Source of the DNA: an uncultured Bacillota bacterium
GTDB taxonomy: Bacteria; Bacillota; Clostridia; Tissierellales; Tepidimicrobiaceae
DNA length: 64,000 nucleotides
Assembly (NCBI GenBank): GCA_937967955.1
Contig: CALBUB010000015.1
Location: forward strand, 758 to 64,757
Reading direction: 5' to 3'
A model generated the notes under the pieces. It had not been told where the DNA came from, did not search any database, and saw nothing but the letters and a program-made list of their open reading frames with translations. A program made the translations under genes and the position numbers. Shown here one piece after another: positions 29,038-38,372 of the stretch (the stretch's first letter is position 1; the number at the start of each line of letters is the position of its first letter).

Positions 29038-29601
29038 TTGAGAGTAATATCAGGTCTAAGAAAAGGCCATAGACTGAAAGGTCCAAGGAGCAGGAATATT
29101 AGACCAACAGAAGATAGAGTAAAGGAAGCTATGTTTAATATTTTGGGATATATTAATCATGAAAGTGTAGTTTTAGATTTATGTGCAGGTACTGGTAGTA
29201 TTGGGATTGAATTTTTAAGCAGGGGAGCAAAGAAGGCCTATTTTGTAGATAAGGCTGGAGAGAGTATACAATGTATTAAGGAAAACTTAGCCCATACTAA
29301 ATTAAAGGACAAGGGGGAAGTTATCAAAACTGATGCAATTAGGGCTATAAAAGATTTTAGCCAAAAAGGTATAATTTTTGATTATATATTTACAGATCCC
29401 CCTTACAATAGTTCCAAGTTGATCAATGATATAATTAAACATATATGGGAGAAGGAAGTATTAAAAAGAGATGAAGGCATCTTAATTATAGAGCACGAAA
29501 AGAGTATAAAGCTGGATAATGAGCTTTACGGTTTCAAGAGGATAGATTATAGGGAATACAAAGATACATGTTTATCTTTTTATATTTTAACTGAGATTTA
29601 A
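29038..29601 (+). CDS. rsmD: 16S rRNA (guanine966-N2)-methyltransferase RsmD
   Basis: DLCAGTGS and FTDPPY motifs. TTG start after GGGGTGA. Confidence 0.9.
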   Translation: MRVISGLRKGHRLKGPRSRNIRPTEDRVKEAMFNILGYINHESVVLDLCAGTGSIGIEFLSRGAKKAYFVDKAGESIQCIKENLAHTKLKDKGEVIKTDAIRAIKDFSQKGIIFDYIFTDPPYNSSKLINDIIKHIWEKEVLKRDEGILIIEHEKSIKLDNELYGFKRIDYREYKDTCLSFYILTEI

Positions 29602-29612
29602 GGAGGTTAACA

Positions 29613-30095
29613 ATGCAAGTTATATATCCTGGTAGTTTTGACCCAGTAACATACGGACACCTAGATATAATCGATAGATGTGCTAAAAAATTTGATAAGG
29701 TAATTGTGGCTATACTCAATAATAGTTCAAAAAAATACACTTTTTCCGTGGAAGAGAGAGTGGAGCTATTAATGAGGACCCTGGAAAAGTATGATAATGT
29801 AGAAGTAGACCATTTTTCAGGTTTACTTGTGGAATATGCTAAAAAGAAAAATTGCTCTTTGATTGTGAGAGGTTTAAGGGCAGTTTCTGATTATGAATAT
29901 GAAATGCAAATGGCTCATGTAAACAATAAGCTTGCAGGGGATATAGAGACCATATTTATGGTAGCAAGAGAAAAATATGCTTATTTAAGCTCTAGCATAG
30001 TTAAAGAAGTAGCTATGTTTGGAGGAGATATCTCCTGCTTCGTACCAAAAGTAGTAGAAAATGCTTTAAAAGAAAAGATTAATGGGGGTCAGTAG
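29613..30095 (+). CDS. coaD: Phosphopantetheine adenylyltransferase
   Basis: [16 protein letters not shown] motif. Confidence 0.95.
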   Translation: MQVIYPGSFDPVTYGHLDIIDRCAKKFDKVIVAILNNSSKKYTFSVEERVELLMRTLEKYDNVEVDHFSGLLVEYAKKKNCSLIVRGLRAVSDYEYEMQMAHVNNKLAGDIETIFMVAREKYAYLSSSIVKEVAMFGGDISCFVPKVVENALKEKINGGQ

Positions 30096-30096
30096 T

Positions 30097-30543
30097 ATGG
30101 AGGTATTAAGGCTAATTGAGGAAATTGAGGATATTTTAGAAAATGCATCTACATTACCCTTTTCTAATAAGGTTGTTGTAGATGCAGATGAGCTATATGA
30201 GATACTAAAAGAGATTAGAATTAAGCTACCTGATGAGATTAAGCAAGCTAACTGGATAAAAGAAGAGAGGCAAAGGATTTTAGCTGAAGCTCAAAAGGAT
30301 GCAGAAACGATTATAAATGAGGCAGAATCTAAAATAAAAGAATTGATAGATGAAAATGAAATAACAAAGAAAGCTAAAGAAGCTGCTGAGGAGATTATAA
30401 CAAAAGCTCAGAATAATGCCAAGGAAATTAGATTGGGAGCTTTAGAATATGCCGACAATATATTATATGAAACTCAACAGAATTTAAAGAAGCTCATAGA
30501 AACCTTAAATGAAAACAGACAAGAACTTAGAGGCGGTAATTAA
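30097..30543 (+). CDS. Coiled-coil protein of unknown function
   Basis: 148 aa, Glu/Lys/Ala-rich heptad-like sequence (..ERQRILAEAQKDAETIINEAESKIKELIDENEITKKAKEAAEEIITKAQNNAKEI..). ATG 30097 directly follows the coaD stop. No catalytic motif. Confidence 0.7.
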   Translation: MEVLRLIEEIEDILENASTLPFSNKVVVDADELYEILKEIRIKLPDEIKQANWIKEERQRILAEAQKDAETIINEAESKIKELIDENEITKKAKEAAEEIITKAQNNAKEIRLGALEYADNILYETQQNLKKLIETLNENRQELRGGN

Positions 30544-31730
30544 TTATTTTTTATGGATAGTTTTCTTATTATCATGAAAATTATGGAGCATATTAACATG
30601 TAAATTAGCATGAGAAATGCCAATTTAGTTGAGCTTATTAATATATGAACCCAACTGTTAGGATAAATGTATTCAGGCATATGAGGACTAGGCATAAAGG
30701 AAAATTTTGCAAAATTTTTATATTTAATATTATAAATTAACAAAGTATATAGGCTTGAAAATATGCCATGGAAGAATTTGGAAACAATATATATTTTAGA
30801 GTTAATATCCGTTTTACTTATGAAGCTTAAAGCTTGGCTATGGATGGAAAAACCGCCCCAACCAATTAGGAAGTTAATAAGCAATATTTTTTGCAAAAAG
30901 TTTATATTTAAAGAAGAAATTTTGCTGCAGCCAGTGGTTATTTCTAATATGCCAGCAATTAAACCTTGTAAAAGTTCAATGTTTATTTTTATTGGAAGTA
31001 GATAATGAACAATATGTACCATTCTAATAAATATTTCTGAAGCAAACAATAAATCTATAACTACTGAATAGAAGACTATAAAACCACCAACTGTAAGAAT
31101 GGTGTTAAGGCTATTCTTTACGCAATTGCCAAGAATTGCTCCAATGGTGTAATCTTTATTAATATAGATTAAAGGATTTTTTATTACATATTTATTTTTA
31201 CTATTATATGTAGTGTGTTTTTTGTTGTAAAAGCGCAAAATTAAACCTACTGTTATAGCCCCTAAATAATGGGGATATAGTATAAGTGGAGCAATAGTAG
31301 GTGCATTCAACATGCCTACTGCTACAGCTCCTAACATGAATAAGGGCCCGGAAGTACTTGAGAAGCAGACTACTCTATCTGCTTCCGTTTTTGTTATTAT
31401 CCTCTTTTCTCTTAAGGTGGATGTAATCTTTGCCCCCATTGGATAGCCTGATATTATACTCATAGCAAAAGGGAAAGCCCCTTCTCCAGATACATTAAAA
31501 ATAGGCTTCATAATAGGTTTTAAGGAATCACCTATGAAGTTAACAAAGCCCATTTCAACTAATAATTCTGAGATTATAAAGAATGGAAATAATGAAGGAA
31601 AGACTATGTTAGCCCAAGTGTTAAGGCCATTAAAGGCACTATTTAAGGACATTTGTGGATACTTTACTATACCTATTAATACACATAGAATTAATGTTAA
31701 AAAAAATAAGTTTTTAATATGTTTTTTCAC
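30540..31730 (-). CDS. ylbJ: Sporulation integral membrane protein YlbJ
   Basis: 396 aa polytopic protein with nucleoside-recognition-type repeats. Same neighbourhood as in B. subtilis (coaD / ylbJ / ylbM). Confidence 0.88.
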   Translation of the reverse strand: MKKHIKNLFFLTLILCVLIGIVKYPQMSLNSAFNGLNTWANIVFPSLFPFFIISELLVEMGFVNFIGDSLKPIMKPIFNVSGEGAFPFAMSIISGYPMGAKITSTLREKRIITKTEADRVVCFSSTSGPLFMLGAVAVGMLNAPTIAPLILYPHYLGAITVGLILRFYNKKHTTYNSKNKYVIKNPLIYINKDYTIGAILGNCVKNSLNTILTVGGFIVFYSVVIDLLFASEIFIRMVHIVHYLLPIKINIELLQGLIAGILEITTGCSKISSLNINFLQKILLINFLIGWGGFSIHSQALSFISKTDINSKIYIVSKFFHGIFSSLYTLLIYNIKYKNFAKFSFMPSPHMPEYIYPNSWVHILISSTKLAFLMLIYMLICSIIFMIIRKLSIKNN

Positions 31731-31777
31731 TTTCCTATCCCCCTTACTTAATTATATTTTTCTTTCTGCTTAATATG

Positions 31778-31808
31778 AAAAAATAGCAAGTAAAACTTGC
31801 TATTTTTT
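31778..31808 (-). terminator. Terminator of tmcAL (A/T-flanked, potentially bidirectional)
   Basis: Perfect 14-bp stem AAAAAATAGCAAGT / ACTTGCTATTTTTT with a 3-nt loop; includes the tmcAL stop codon. Confidence 0.75.
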
Positions 31809-33056
31809 CTTAATATAAGGGGGTGTTAAATAGTCCATGTTTGTTAAAGACTTTTCTGTTTTTAGGCCTAAAAAGAAAAGCTCAGTAGCCTTTTTGTCAA
31901 AACTTATAATCCTATCTACATTTGGGTTTTTTATATTATGATAGTTTGAAAATTTGGTTATAATAGGTATATCTGTTTTTGCCTTAATTTTTTTCAATAA
32001 ATAAAAACCTTTTTCATTTGAAGCTAATACTCTTACATAAGCAGGATGGTATGAGGATAGCTCCCTAAAGGTATCTTTGTTTAAATCCATCATTAGATGG
32101 AGCAATATTCTTTGGATTCTGCTTTTTGGATACCTTTTAGTTACTACAGCATTTAAAAAGCTTTCAATATTATTAAATTCATAGCTTTTTTCTACAAGTC
32201 TGTTGTCTAAACCTGCTTCCACATCCATTATTTTAGAAAGTTTGTTTTTGCCTTCAACCCTTAATAAATAATGGACTATTTGGTTATAATTATCAAGAGA
32301 ATTGAAGTGATGGTAATTACCTATATAATCAATTAAATGCTTATAAGTTTCTTTAGGCACATAATCTATCACTGAAGAAATATGCTCAGTTTCTAGTAAT
32401 TTTTTTCTTATGGCAGTGGCACTAGCTATTTTGTTATTAAGCTCAAGCTCATTGTATTTACTGCCAATACGCTTAATTGTAACTGGTTTTATATGGCTAT
32501 TAAGTCTTTTTAATGCTTTTAAATATTCAATAGCCAATATATTGTTTGGACTATTGACTATTTTATTTATGTCTATATTTGAAAGGCCTTTTTCATATTT
32601 GGCAAAATATCCCTGTAATGCATAGCTTCTAGCTACCGGGAAGGAATTACCTTTTTGAAGATATTCTTTTAATAATTGTTTGTAATAAGGAGGTTCTTCT
32701 ACTAAAACATCAGCAATTGGATATAAATACTTTAACTCACCTATTTCACTACCAAAAGAAACATAGTCAACAATTTTTAGGCTATTGAGTAATGAAATAC
32801 TTCCATAAGCGAAAAATTCTGCCGATTGGACTGAAAATATAAAGGGAAGTTCTATCACTAAATCTACCCCATTATCAATGGCCATTTTAGCCTTAGTCCA
32901 TTTGTCTATGAGGGAAGGCTCTCCTCTTTGTACAAAGGAGCCACTCATTACAGCAATAGAGTATTGGGATGTAGTGATTTTTTTAGATAACGCTAAATGG
33001 TATTTGTGTCCATGGTGAAAGGGATTATATTCAGCTACTATGCCTACAACACTCAA
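31800..33056 (-). CDS. tmcAL: tRNA(Met) cytidine acetate ligase TmcAL (YlbM)
   Basis: N-terminal nucleotidyltransferase motif AEYNPFHHGH. 418 aa. Confidence 0.9.
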   Translation of the reverse strand: MSVVGIVAEYNPFHHGHKYHLALSKKITTSQYSIAVMSGSFVQRGEPSLIDKWTKAKMAIDNGVDLVIELPFIFSVQSAEFFAYGSISLLNSLKIVDYVSFGSEIGELKYLYPIADVLVEEPPYYKQLLKEYLQKGNSFPVARSYALQGYFAKYEKGLSNIDINKIVNSPNNILAIEYLKALKRLNSHIKPVTIKRIGSKYNELELNNKIASATAIRKKLLETEHISSVIDYVPKETYKHLIDYIGNYHHFNSLDNYNQIVHYLLRVEGKNKLSKIMDVEAGLDNRLVEKSYEFNNIESFLNAVVTKRYPKSRIQRILLHLMMDLNKDTFRELSSYHPAYVRVLASNEKGFYLLKKIKAKTDIPIITKFSNYHNIKNPNVDRIISFDKKATELFFLGLKTEKSLTNMDYLTPPYIKKK

Positions 33057-33185
33057 TTTAGTACCCCCATTTTTTTAATTAGTATATTCATTATAGCAGA
33101 AAAATTATAAGTAATAGTCGTTGATTTTTTGACATTATTATAATAATATATTCTTGATATAACAAAATGGAGGAGGAATCGACAA

Positions 33186-34382
33186 ATGAACATATTAGTG
33201 ATTAACTGTGGTAGTTCTTCATTAAAGTATCAGTTAATCAATATGGACAATGAAGAAGTCCTTGCCAAAGGTTTAGTAGAAAGAATAGGTATAGAAGGTT
33301 CAAGAATTAAGCATACTGCTACTGGCAAGGAAGAAAAAATTATTGAGGAGCCAATTAAAGACCATAGAAGAGGTTTAGAGTTAGTATTAAATGCCCTTGT
33401 TGATAAGGAGTACGGAGTTATCAGTTCTTTAGAGAATATTGATGCTGTTGGGCATAGAGTTGTACACGGTGGAGAAGAATTTTCCGATTCTGTCATTATA
33501 GATGATAAGGTTATGGAGGCAATAAAGGCTTGTGTTGAATTAGCTCCATTACATAATCCACCAAACATAGTTGGTATAGAAGCTTGTAAAGAGCTTATGC
33601 CTAATGTACCAATGGTTGCGGTGTTTGACACAGCTTTCCATCAAACTATACCTGCAGAAAATTATATATATCCTCTACCCTATGAGTATTATGAAAAATA
33701 TGGTATTAGAAAGTACGGTTTCCACGGTACCTCCCATAAATATGTATCCTTGAAAGCTGCAGAAATATTAGGAAGACCAGTAGATGAATTAAATTTAATA
33801 ACATGCCATTTAGGAAATGGAGCTAGTGTTTGTGCAATAAAGGGCGGAAAATCTGTCGATACAAGTATGGGCTTTACACCTTTAGAAGGACTTGCAATGG
33901 GAACTAGATGTGGAGATATAGACCCAGCCATCATTCCATTTATAATGGAGAAAGAAAAACTATCCTTTGAAGAAATAAACAATATGCTGAATAAGAAATC
34001 AGGAGTATTAGGAATTTCTGGCCTAAGCAGTGACTTTAGAGATTTAGAGGAAGCTGCAAACAATGGAAATGAAAGGGCTGAACTTGCACTTAAAGTATTC
34101 TGCAATAGGGTAAAAGAGTATATTGGAGCTTATTCAGCAGTCCTATGTGATGTAGATGCATTAGTATTTACTGCAGGAATTGGTGAAAACTCCAGTAGTA
34201 TTAGAGAAAAAATCTGTGAAGGGTTAGAATGTATCAACATCCATCTAGATCCTGAGCTAAACAAAGTAAGAGGAAAGGAAGCAATAATTTCTACTGAAAA
34301 TTCTCAAGTTAAGGTATTAGTTATTCCTACTAATGAAGAATTGATGATTGCAAGAGATACTGCTAAATTGGTAAGCCAATAA
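33186..34382 (+). CDS. ackA: Acetate kinase
   Basis: [10 protein letters not shown]-terminus plus GFHGTSH motif. Confidence 0.96.
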   Translation: MNILVINCGSSSLKYQLINMDNEEVLAKGLVERIGIEGSRIKHTATGKEEKIIEEPIKDHRRGLELVLNALVDKEYGVISSLENIDAVGHRVVHGGEEFSDSVIIDDKVMEAIKACVELAPLHNPPNIVGIEACKELMPNVPMVAVFDTAFHQTIPAENYIYPLPYEYYEKYGIRKYGFHGTSHKYVSLKAAEILGRPVDELNLITCHLGNGASVCAIKGGKSVDTSMGFTPLEGLAMGTRCGDIDPAIIPFIMEKEKLSFEEINNMLNKKSGVLGISGLSSDFRDLEEAANNGNERAELALKVFCNRVKEYIGAYSAVLCDVDALVFTAGIGENSSSIREKICEGLECINIHLDPELNKVRGKEAIISTENSQVKVLVIPTNEELMIARDTAKLVSQ

Positions 34383-34388
34383 TATTTC

Positions 34389-34417
34389 TTGACAAAAGCT
34401 TTTCACCTTTATATAAT
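34389..34417 (+). promoter_or_regulatory. Sigma-A consensus promoter for ylbN-rpmF
   Basis: TTGACA (34389-34394), 17-nt spacer, TATAAT (34412-34417). Confidence 0.6.
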
Positions 34418-34446
34418 ATTGTTTGTTAGCTCAAGAGGTGAAAAAA

Positions 34447-34959
34447 ATGAGAATAGATTTATCAGAATTACGTCAAGAGGACGTAAGTAGTATTATTCTA
34501 GAAGGCCAGATTAAAAAGGACATACTGGAAATAGCAGGAAGAAAAATACATTTTGTTGAGCCAATAAAATATGATGGGGCTGTATATAAGACGGATAATG
34601 GTGAAGTTGTACATGTGAATATAACTTACGCCTATAAGGAAACATGTGGCAGGTGTTTGGAACCTTTTAATAAGAAAGGAACAGCAGTTTTAACAGGTCA
34701 GCTGATTAATAAGACTAGTAATACACTGGAAGATGAAATTGAGGATGCAATTTACTATGAAGATGACAAGCTTGAACTTACAGATGATATAATTAACACC
34801 ATAGCCCTATCTCTCCCAATGAAGCCTCTTTGTAGTGAAAAATGTAAAGGTATTTGTCCTTCTTGTGGGACAAATCTTAATAGAGAAAAGTGCGACTGTG
34901 AAGTGGACGATGTAGATCCAAGATTGGCTATACTGAAAGAGTTTAAAATTGATAATTAA
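34447..34959 (+). CDS. ylbN: DUF177 / YceD-family protein (large-subunit ribosome maturation associated)
   Basis: C-terminal Cys cluster CSEKCKGICPSCGTNLN. Immediately upstream of rpmF. ATG 34447 follows GAGGTGA. Confidence 0.9.
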   Translation: MRIDLSELRQEDVSSIILEGQIKKDILEIAGRKIHFVEPIKYDGAVYKTDNGEVVHVNITYAYKETCGRCLEPFNKKGTAVLTGQLINKTSNTLEDEIEDAIYYEDDKLELTDDIINTIALSLPMKPLCSEKCKGICPSCGTNLNREKCDCEVDDVDPRLAILKEFKIDN

Positions 34960-34972
34960 GGAGGTGTCATAG

Positions 34973-35152
34973 ATGGCAGTACCAAAACGAAAAACTTCCA
35001 AAGCAAGAAGGGATAAAAGAAGAGCATCAGCATATAGATTGGTTAAACCAACTATTACAGAATGCCCACAATGTCATGAACCAAAGCTTCCTCATAGAGT
35101 TTGCAGAGCTTGTGGATATTATAGGAATAGGGAAGTGTTAGATGTAGAGTAA
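34973..35152 (+). CDS. rpmF: 50S ribosomal protein L32
   Basis: Absent from the ORF track (59 aa). Product [49 protein letters not shown]. Confidence 0.93.
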   Translation: MAVPKRKTSKARRDKRRASAYRLVKPTITECPQCHEPKLPHRVCRACGYYRNREVLDVE

Positions 35153-35185
35153 AGATAGTGAAATTTTATCACTATCTTTTTTTCT
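35151..35185 (+). terminator. Rho-independent terminator after rpmF
   Basis: Perfect 11-bp stem AAAGATAGTGA / TCACTATCTTT followed by a T-run. Confidence 0.85.
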
Positions 35186-35256
35186 ATTGCAATTTTAACA
35201 TTTCTATACTATATTTATAACAGTAATAATTTTCAGGATTGATTGGGAGGATAGCT

Positions 35257-36249
35257 ATGAAAATAATTGTAGACGGCATGGGGGGAGATAAGGGATATAA
35301 AGAGGTAGTTAAAGGGTGCATAGATGCAATCAATGAGCTAGGTGTTAATATATTGTTAGTAGGTCAAGAGGAAAAATTAAAGGCTGAACTAAGTAAATTT
35401 GAATATCCCCATGAAAAAATTGAAGTGCTTAATGCAGATGAAGTTATTACTAATGAGGAAGAGCCTGCTTTAGCTATTAGGAGAAAGAAGGATTCTTCTA
35501 TTGTTGTGGGCCTAAAAGCCCTTTCTGTTGGTAAAGGAGATGGCTTTGTATCTGCTGGTAGTACAGGGGCTTTATTAGTAGGAGGATTACTTATAGTAAA
35601 AAGGATTAAGAGTATTGAAAGGGCAGCAATTGCAACTGTATATCCAACATTAAAAGGCGTATCCTTACTTATTGATGCAGGAGCAAATGTAGATTGTAAA
35701 CCGGAATATCTATTACAATTTGCAGTAATGGGTTCCATTTATTGTGAAAAGATTTTAGGTAAAAAATCTCCTAAAATAGGTTTGGTAAACATAGGTGTTG
35801 AAGAAGGAAAAGGTAATACTTTGGTTAAAGAAACCTATAAGCTATTACAGGAAGCCAATTTAAACTTTGTTGGCAATGTTGAAGCCAGAGACCTGCCCAA
35901 TGGTGTTGCAGATGTAATAGTTAGTGATGGTTTTGTTGGCAATGTAGTTTTAAAGCTTACTGAAGGAATGGCCATGTCAATCTTTTCAAGATTAAAGGAA
36001 GAGATAAATAAATCCCATATATCCAAATTAGGGGCTTTAATGTTAAAACCACAGTTAAAGTCCTTTGTAAGGCTGATGGATTATAGAGAATATGGAGGAG
36101 CTCCTTTATTAGGCTTAAAGAAACCTGTTGTTAAGGCTCATGGTAGCTCCGATTCTTTAGCTATAAAGAACGCTATAAGGCAAGTAAAAAATTTTGTTGA
36201 AAAAGATGTTATAAATTTAATTGAAGAAGATATAAATAAAAATACATAG
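35257..36249 (+). CDS. plsX: Phosphate acyltransferase PlsX
   Basis: MKIIVDGMGGD N-terminus. GGGAGGA before ATG 35257. Confidence 0.95.
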   Translation: MKIIVDGMGGDKGYKEVVKGCIDAINELGVNILLVGQEEKLKAELSKFEYPHEKIEVLNADEVITNEEEPALAIRRKKDSSIVVGLKALSVGKGDGFVSAGSTGALLVGGLLIVKRIKSIERAAIATVYPTLKGVSLLIDAGANVDCKPEYLLQFAVMGSIYCEKILGKKSPKIGLVNIGVEEGKGNTLVKETYKLLQEANLNFVGNVEARDLPNGVADVIVSDGFVGNVVLKLTEGMAMSIFSRLKEEINKSHISKLGALMLKPQLKSFVRLMDYREYGGAPLLGLKKPVVKAHGSSDSLAIKNAIRQVKNFVEKDVINLIEEDINKNT

Positions 36250-36277
36250 TATATAAAATAACGGAGGTGCACTATAG

Positions 36278-36511
36278 ATGGTATTTGAGAAGATAAAAAA
36301 ATTGATTTCTGACCAATTTGGAATTGATGAAGATAGTATAGAAATGGAGACTTCTTTTAAAGACGATTTAAATGCTGATTCATTAGATATAGTAGAGTTA
36401 GTTATGGCCATAGAAGATGAGTTCGATTTACAAGTAGCAGATGAAGAAGTAGAGAATATTCAAACAGTAGGAGATGCTGTTAACTATATTAATGAAATAT
36501 TAAATGAATAA
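36278..36511 (+). CDS. acpP: Acyl carrier protein
   Basis: [12 protein letters not shown] phosphopantetheine attachment site. Confidence 0.95.
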   Translation: MVFEKIKKLISDQFGIDEDSIEMETSFKDDLNADSLDIVELVMAIEDEFDLQVADEEVENIQTVGDAVNYINEILNE

Positions 36512-36553
36512 GTTTTATAACACTTGTTTATCTATTCTTTTGGAGGTAATAAT

Positions 36554-37276
36554 GTGGACATATCCCCTAAGAGACTTGAAAGCTTAAGTCAATTACAAAA
36601 TACAATAGATTATAAATTTAAGGATCTAAATTTGTTAAACACTTCCCTGTGCCATAGTTCTTATGCCAATGAAAACAAAAACAAAGGCATTGAGAGCAAT
36701 GAAAGATTAGAATTTTTGGGAGATGTGGTAGTAGATTTAGTCGTTAGTGACTATCTTTATAAACGCTTTTCCCATTATCCTGAAGGACAACTTACCAAAA
36801 TTAGAGCATCAATTGTTTGTGAACCATCTTTAGCTTATGCAGCTAGGAAGATAAGTTTAGGCGATTATTTACTGCTAGGTAAAGGTGAAGCCCTTTCTGG
36901 AGGCAGGGATAGGGATTCCATACTTGCAGATGCTTTTGAAGCCTTAGCTGCAGCAATATATTTAGATGGTGGTTATGCAACCGTTAAAGATGTTTTAATA
37001 AGAAATTTTGAACAGGATATAATCCATGCAATTCATAAAGGGGAATTATTTATAGATTATAAAACCGAATTACAGGAATTATTACAAAGAAAATCTAAAG
37101 TTAAAGTAGAGTATAAAGTAGCTAAGGAAGTAGGTCCTGATCATAATAAGAAATTTTTTGTTGATTTGATTGTGGAAGATAAAATAATAGGTGAAGGTGT
37201 TGGTAAGAGTAAAAAAGAAGCAGAACAAAATGCTGCAAAAAATGTATTAATGAAATTGGGTGAAAAAGATGAGTAA
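36554..37276 (+). CDS. rnc: Ribonuclease III
   Basis: ERLEFLGD signature and a C-terminal dsRBD. GGAGGT lies 6 nt before GTG 36554. Confidence 0.93.
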   Translation: MDISPKRLESLSQLQNTIDYKFKDLNLLNTSLCHSSYANENKNKGIESNERLEFLGDVVVDLVVSDYLYKRFSHYPEGQLTKIRASIVCEPSLAYAARKISLGDYLLLGKGEALSGGRDRDSILADAFEALAAAIYLDGGYATVKDVLIRNFEQDIIHAIHKGELFIDYKTELQELLQRKSKVKVEYKVAKEVGPDHNKKFFVDLIVEDKIIGEGVGKSKKEAEQNAAKNVLMKLGEKDE

Positions 37277-38351
37277 GGATTACTACATAGTCCCAATATT
37301 TGTACCCCATTTTGGCTGTCCTCATGATTGTGTTTTTTGTAATCAGAAAAGAATAACAGGAATTTCTACAGATGTTACCCAAGCTTATGTAAAAAGGACC
37401 ATTGATGAATATTTAGCTACTTTTCCTAAAAGGAAAATTGTAGTTGAAGTTGCCTTTTATGGTGGCAGTTTTACAGGTATCCCTCTAGATATACAAAAGA
37501 AACTTTTGCAAGTACCTCTTGAGTATAAAAACAAAGGCTTAATTGACGCAATTAGGTTATCTACAAGACCAGACTATATAAATGAGACTATATTAGAGCT
37601 ACTTAAGGAATATAAGGTGGATACAATTGAATTAGGTGTACAATCTTTAAATGACCAAGTGCTCTTCAATAGTGGTAGGGGCCATAATAGCGAACAAGTT
37701 TATATGGCCTCTAAACTAATTAAAGCATATAATTTTAATTTAGGCTTGCAAATGATGCTTGGTTTGCCAGGTGATAGCAGAGAGAAAGCTATCTATACAG
37801 CAAAAGAATTTATAAAGTTAAAGCCCTATTGTGTAAGAATTTATCCAACATTAGTAATAAAGGATACCTATTTAGAAAAAATGTATTATAAAAACACCTA
37901 TAAACCCCTTACATTAGAAGAAGCAATGGATATATCAACAGAGCTAATTATGTTATTTGAATATAATGATATCAATGTTATAAGAGTTGGTCTGCAGCCT
38001 ACTGAAAATATAAATTTTGGGAAAGATGTAATTGCAGGTCCTTTCCATCCTTCCTTTCGCCAATTAGTAGAGTCAAACAAATATAAAATCCTCCTTGAGA
38101 AAGTTTTGGATAGCTTCATGGACAACTATTCTGGAATGGATTTAATTATAAATATTAATCAAAAAAGCATATCGAATTTAGTAGGCCAAAAATCTTCTAA
38201 TATTAAATATTTTAAAGAAAAGTATAAATTAAAAAATATAAAAGTATATAGGAAAGACCTTCCTATGGAAATGGTTGAATTGGCCATAGGAAATAATGTT
38301 TATAAGCTTAACCTTAAAGAATTAATCGAAGATTATATAAAACAAATTTAA
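37269..38351 (+). CDS. Radical SAM protein (ELP3/HemN-like core, no recognisable acceptor domain)
   Basis: CPHDCVFCNQ (CX3CX2C) near the N-terminus. Overlaps the rnc stop. Start at ATG 37269 or GTG 37260. Confidence 0.85.
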   Translation: MSKDYYIVPIFVPHFGCPHDCVFCNQKRITGISTDVTQAYVKRTIDEYLATFPKRKIVVEVAFYGGSFTGIPLDIQKKLLQVPLEYKNKGLIDAIRLSTRPDYINETILELLKEYKVDTIELGVQSLNDQVLFNSGRGHNSEQVYMASKLIKAYNFNLGLQMMLGLPGDSREKAIYTAKEFIKLKPYCVRIYPTLVIKDTYLEKMYYKNTYKPLTLEEAMDISTELIMLFEYNDINVIRVGLQPTENINFGKDVIAGPFHPSFRQLVESNKYKILLEKVLDSFMDNYSGMDLIININQKSISNLVGQKSSNIKYFKEKYKLKNIKVYRKDLPMEMVELAIGNNVYKLNLKELIEDYIKQI

Positions 38352-38372
38352 TGCTATTAAAGGGTGATTAGT

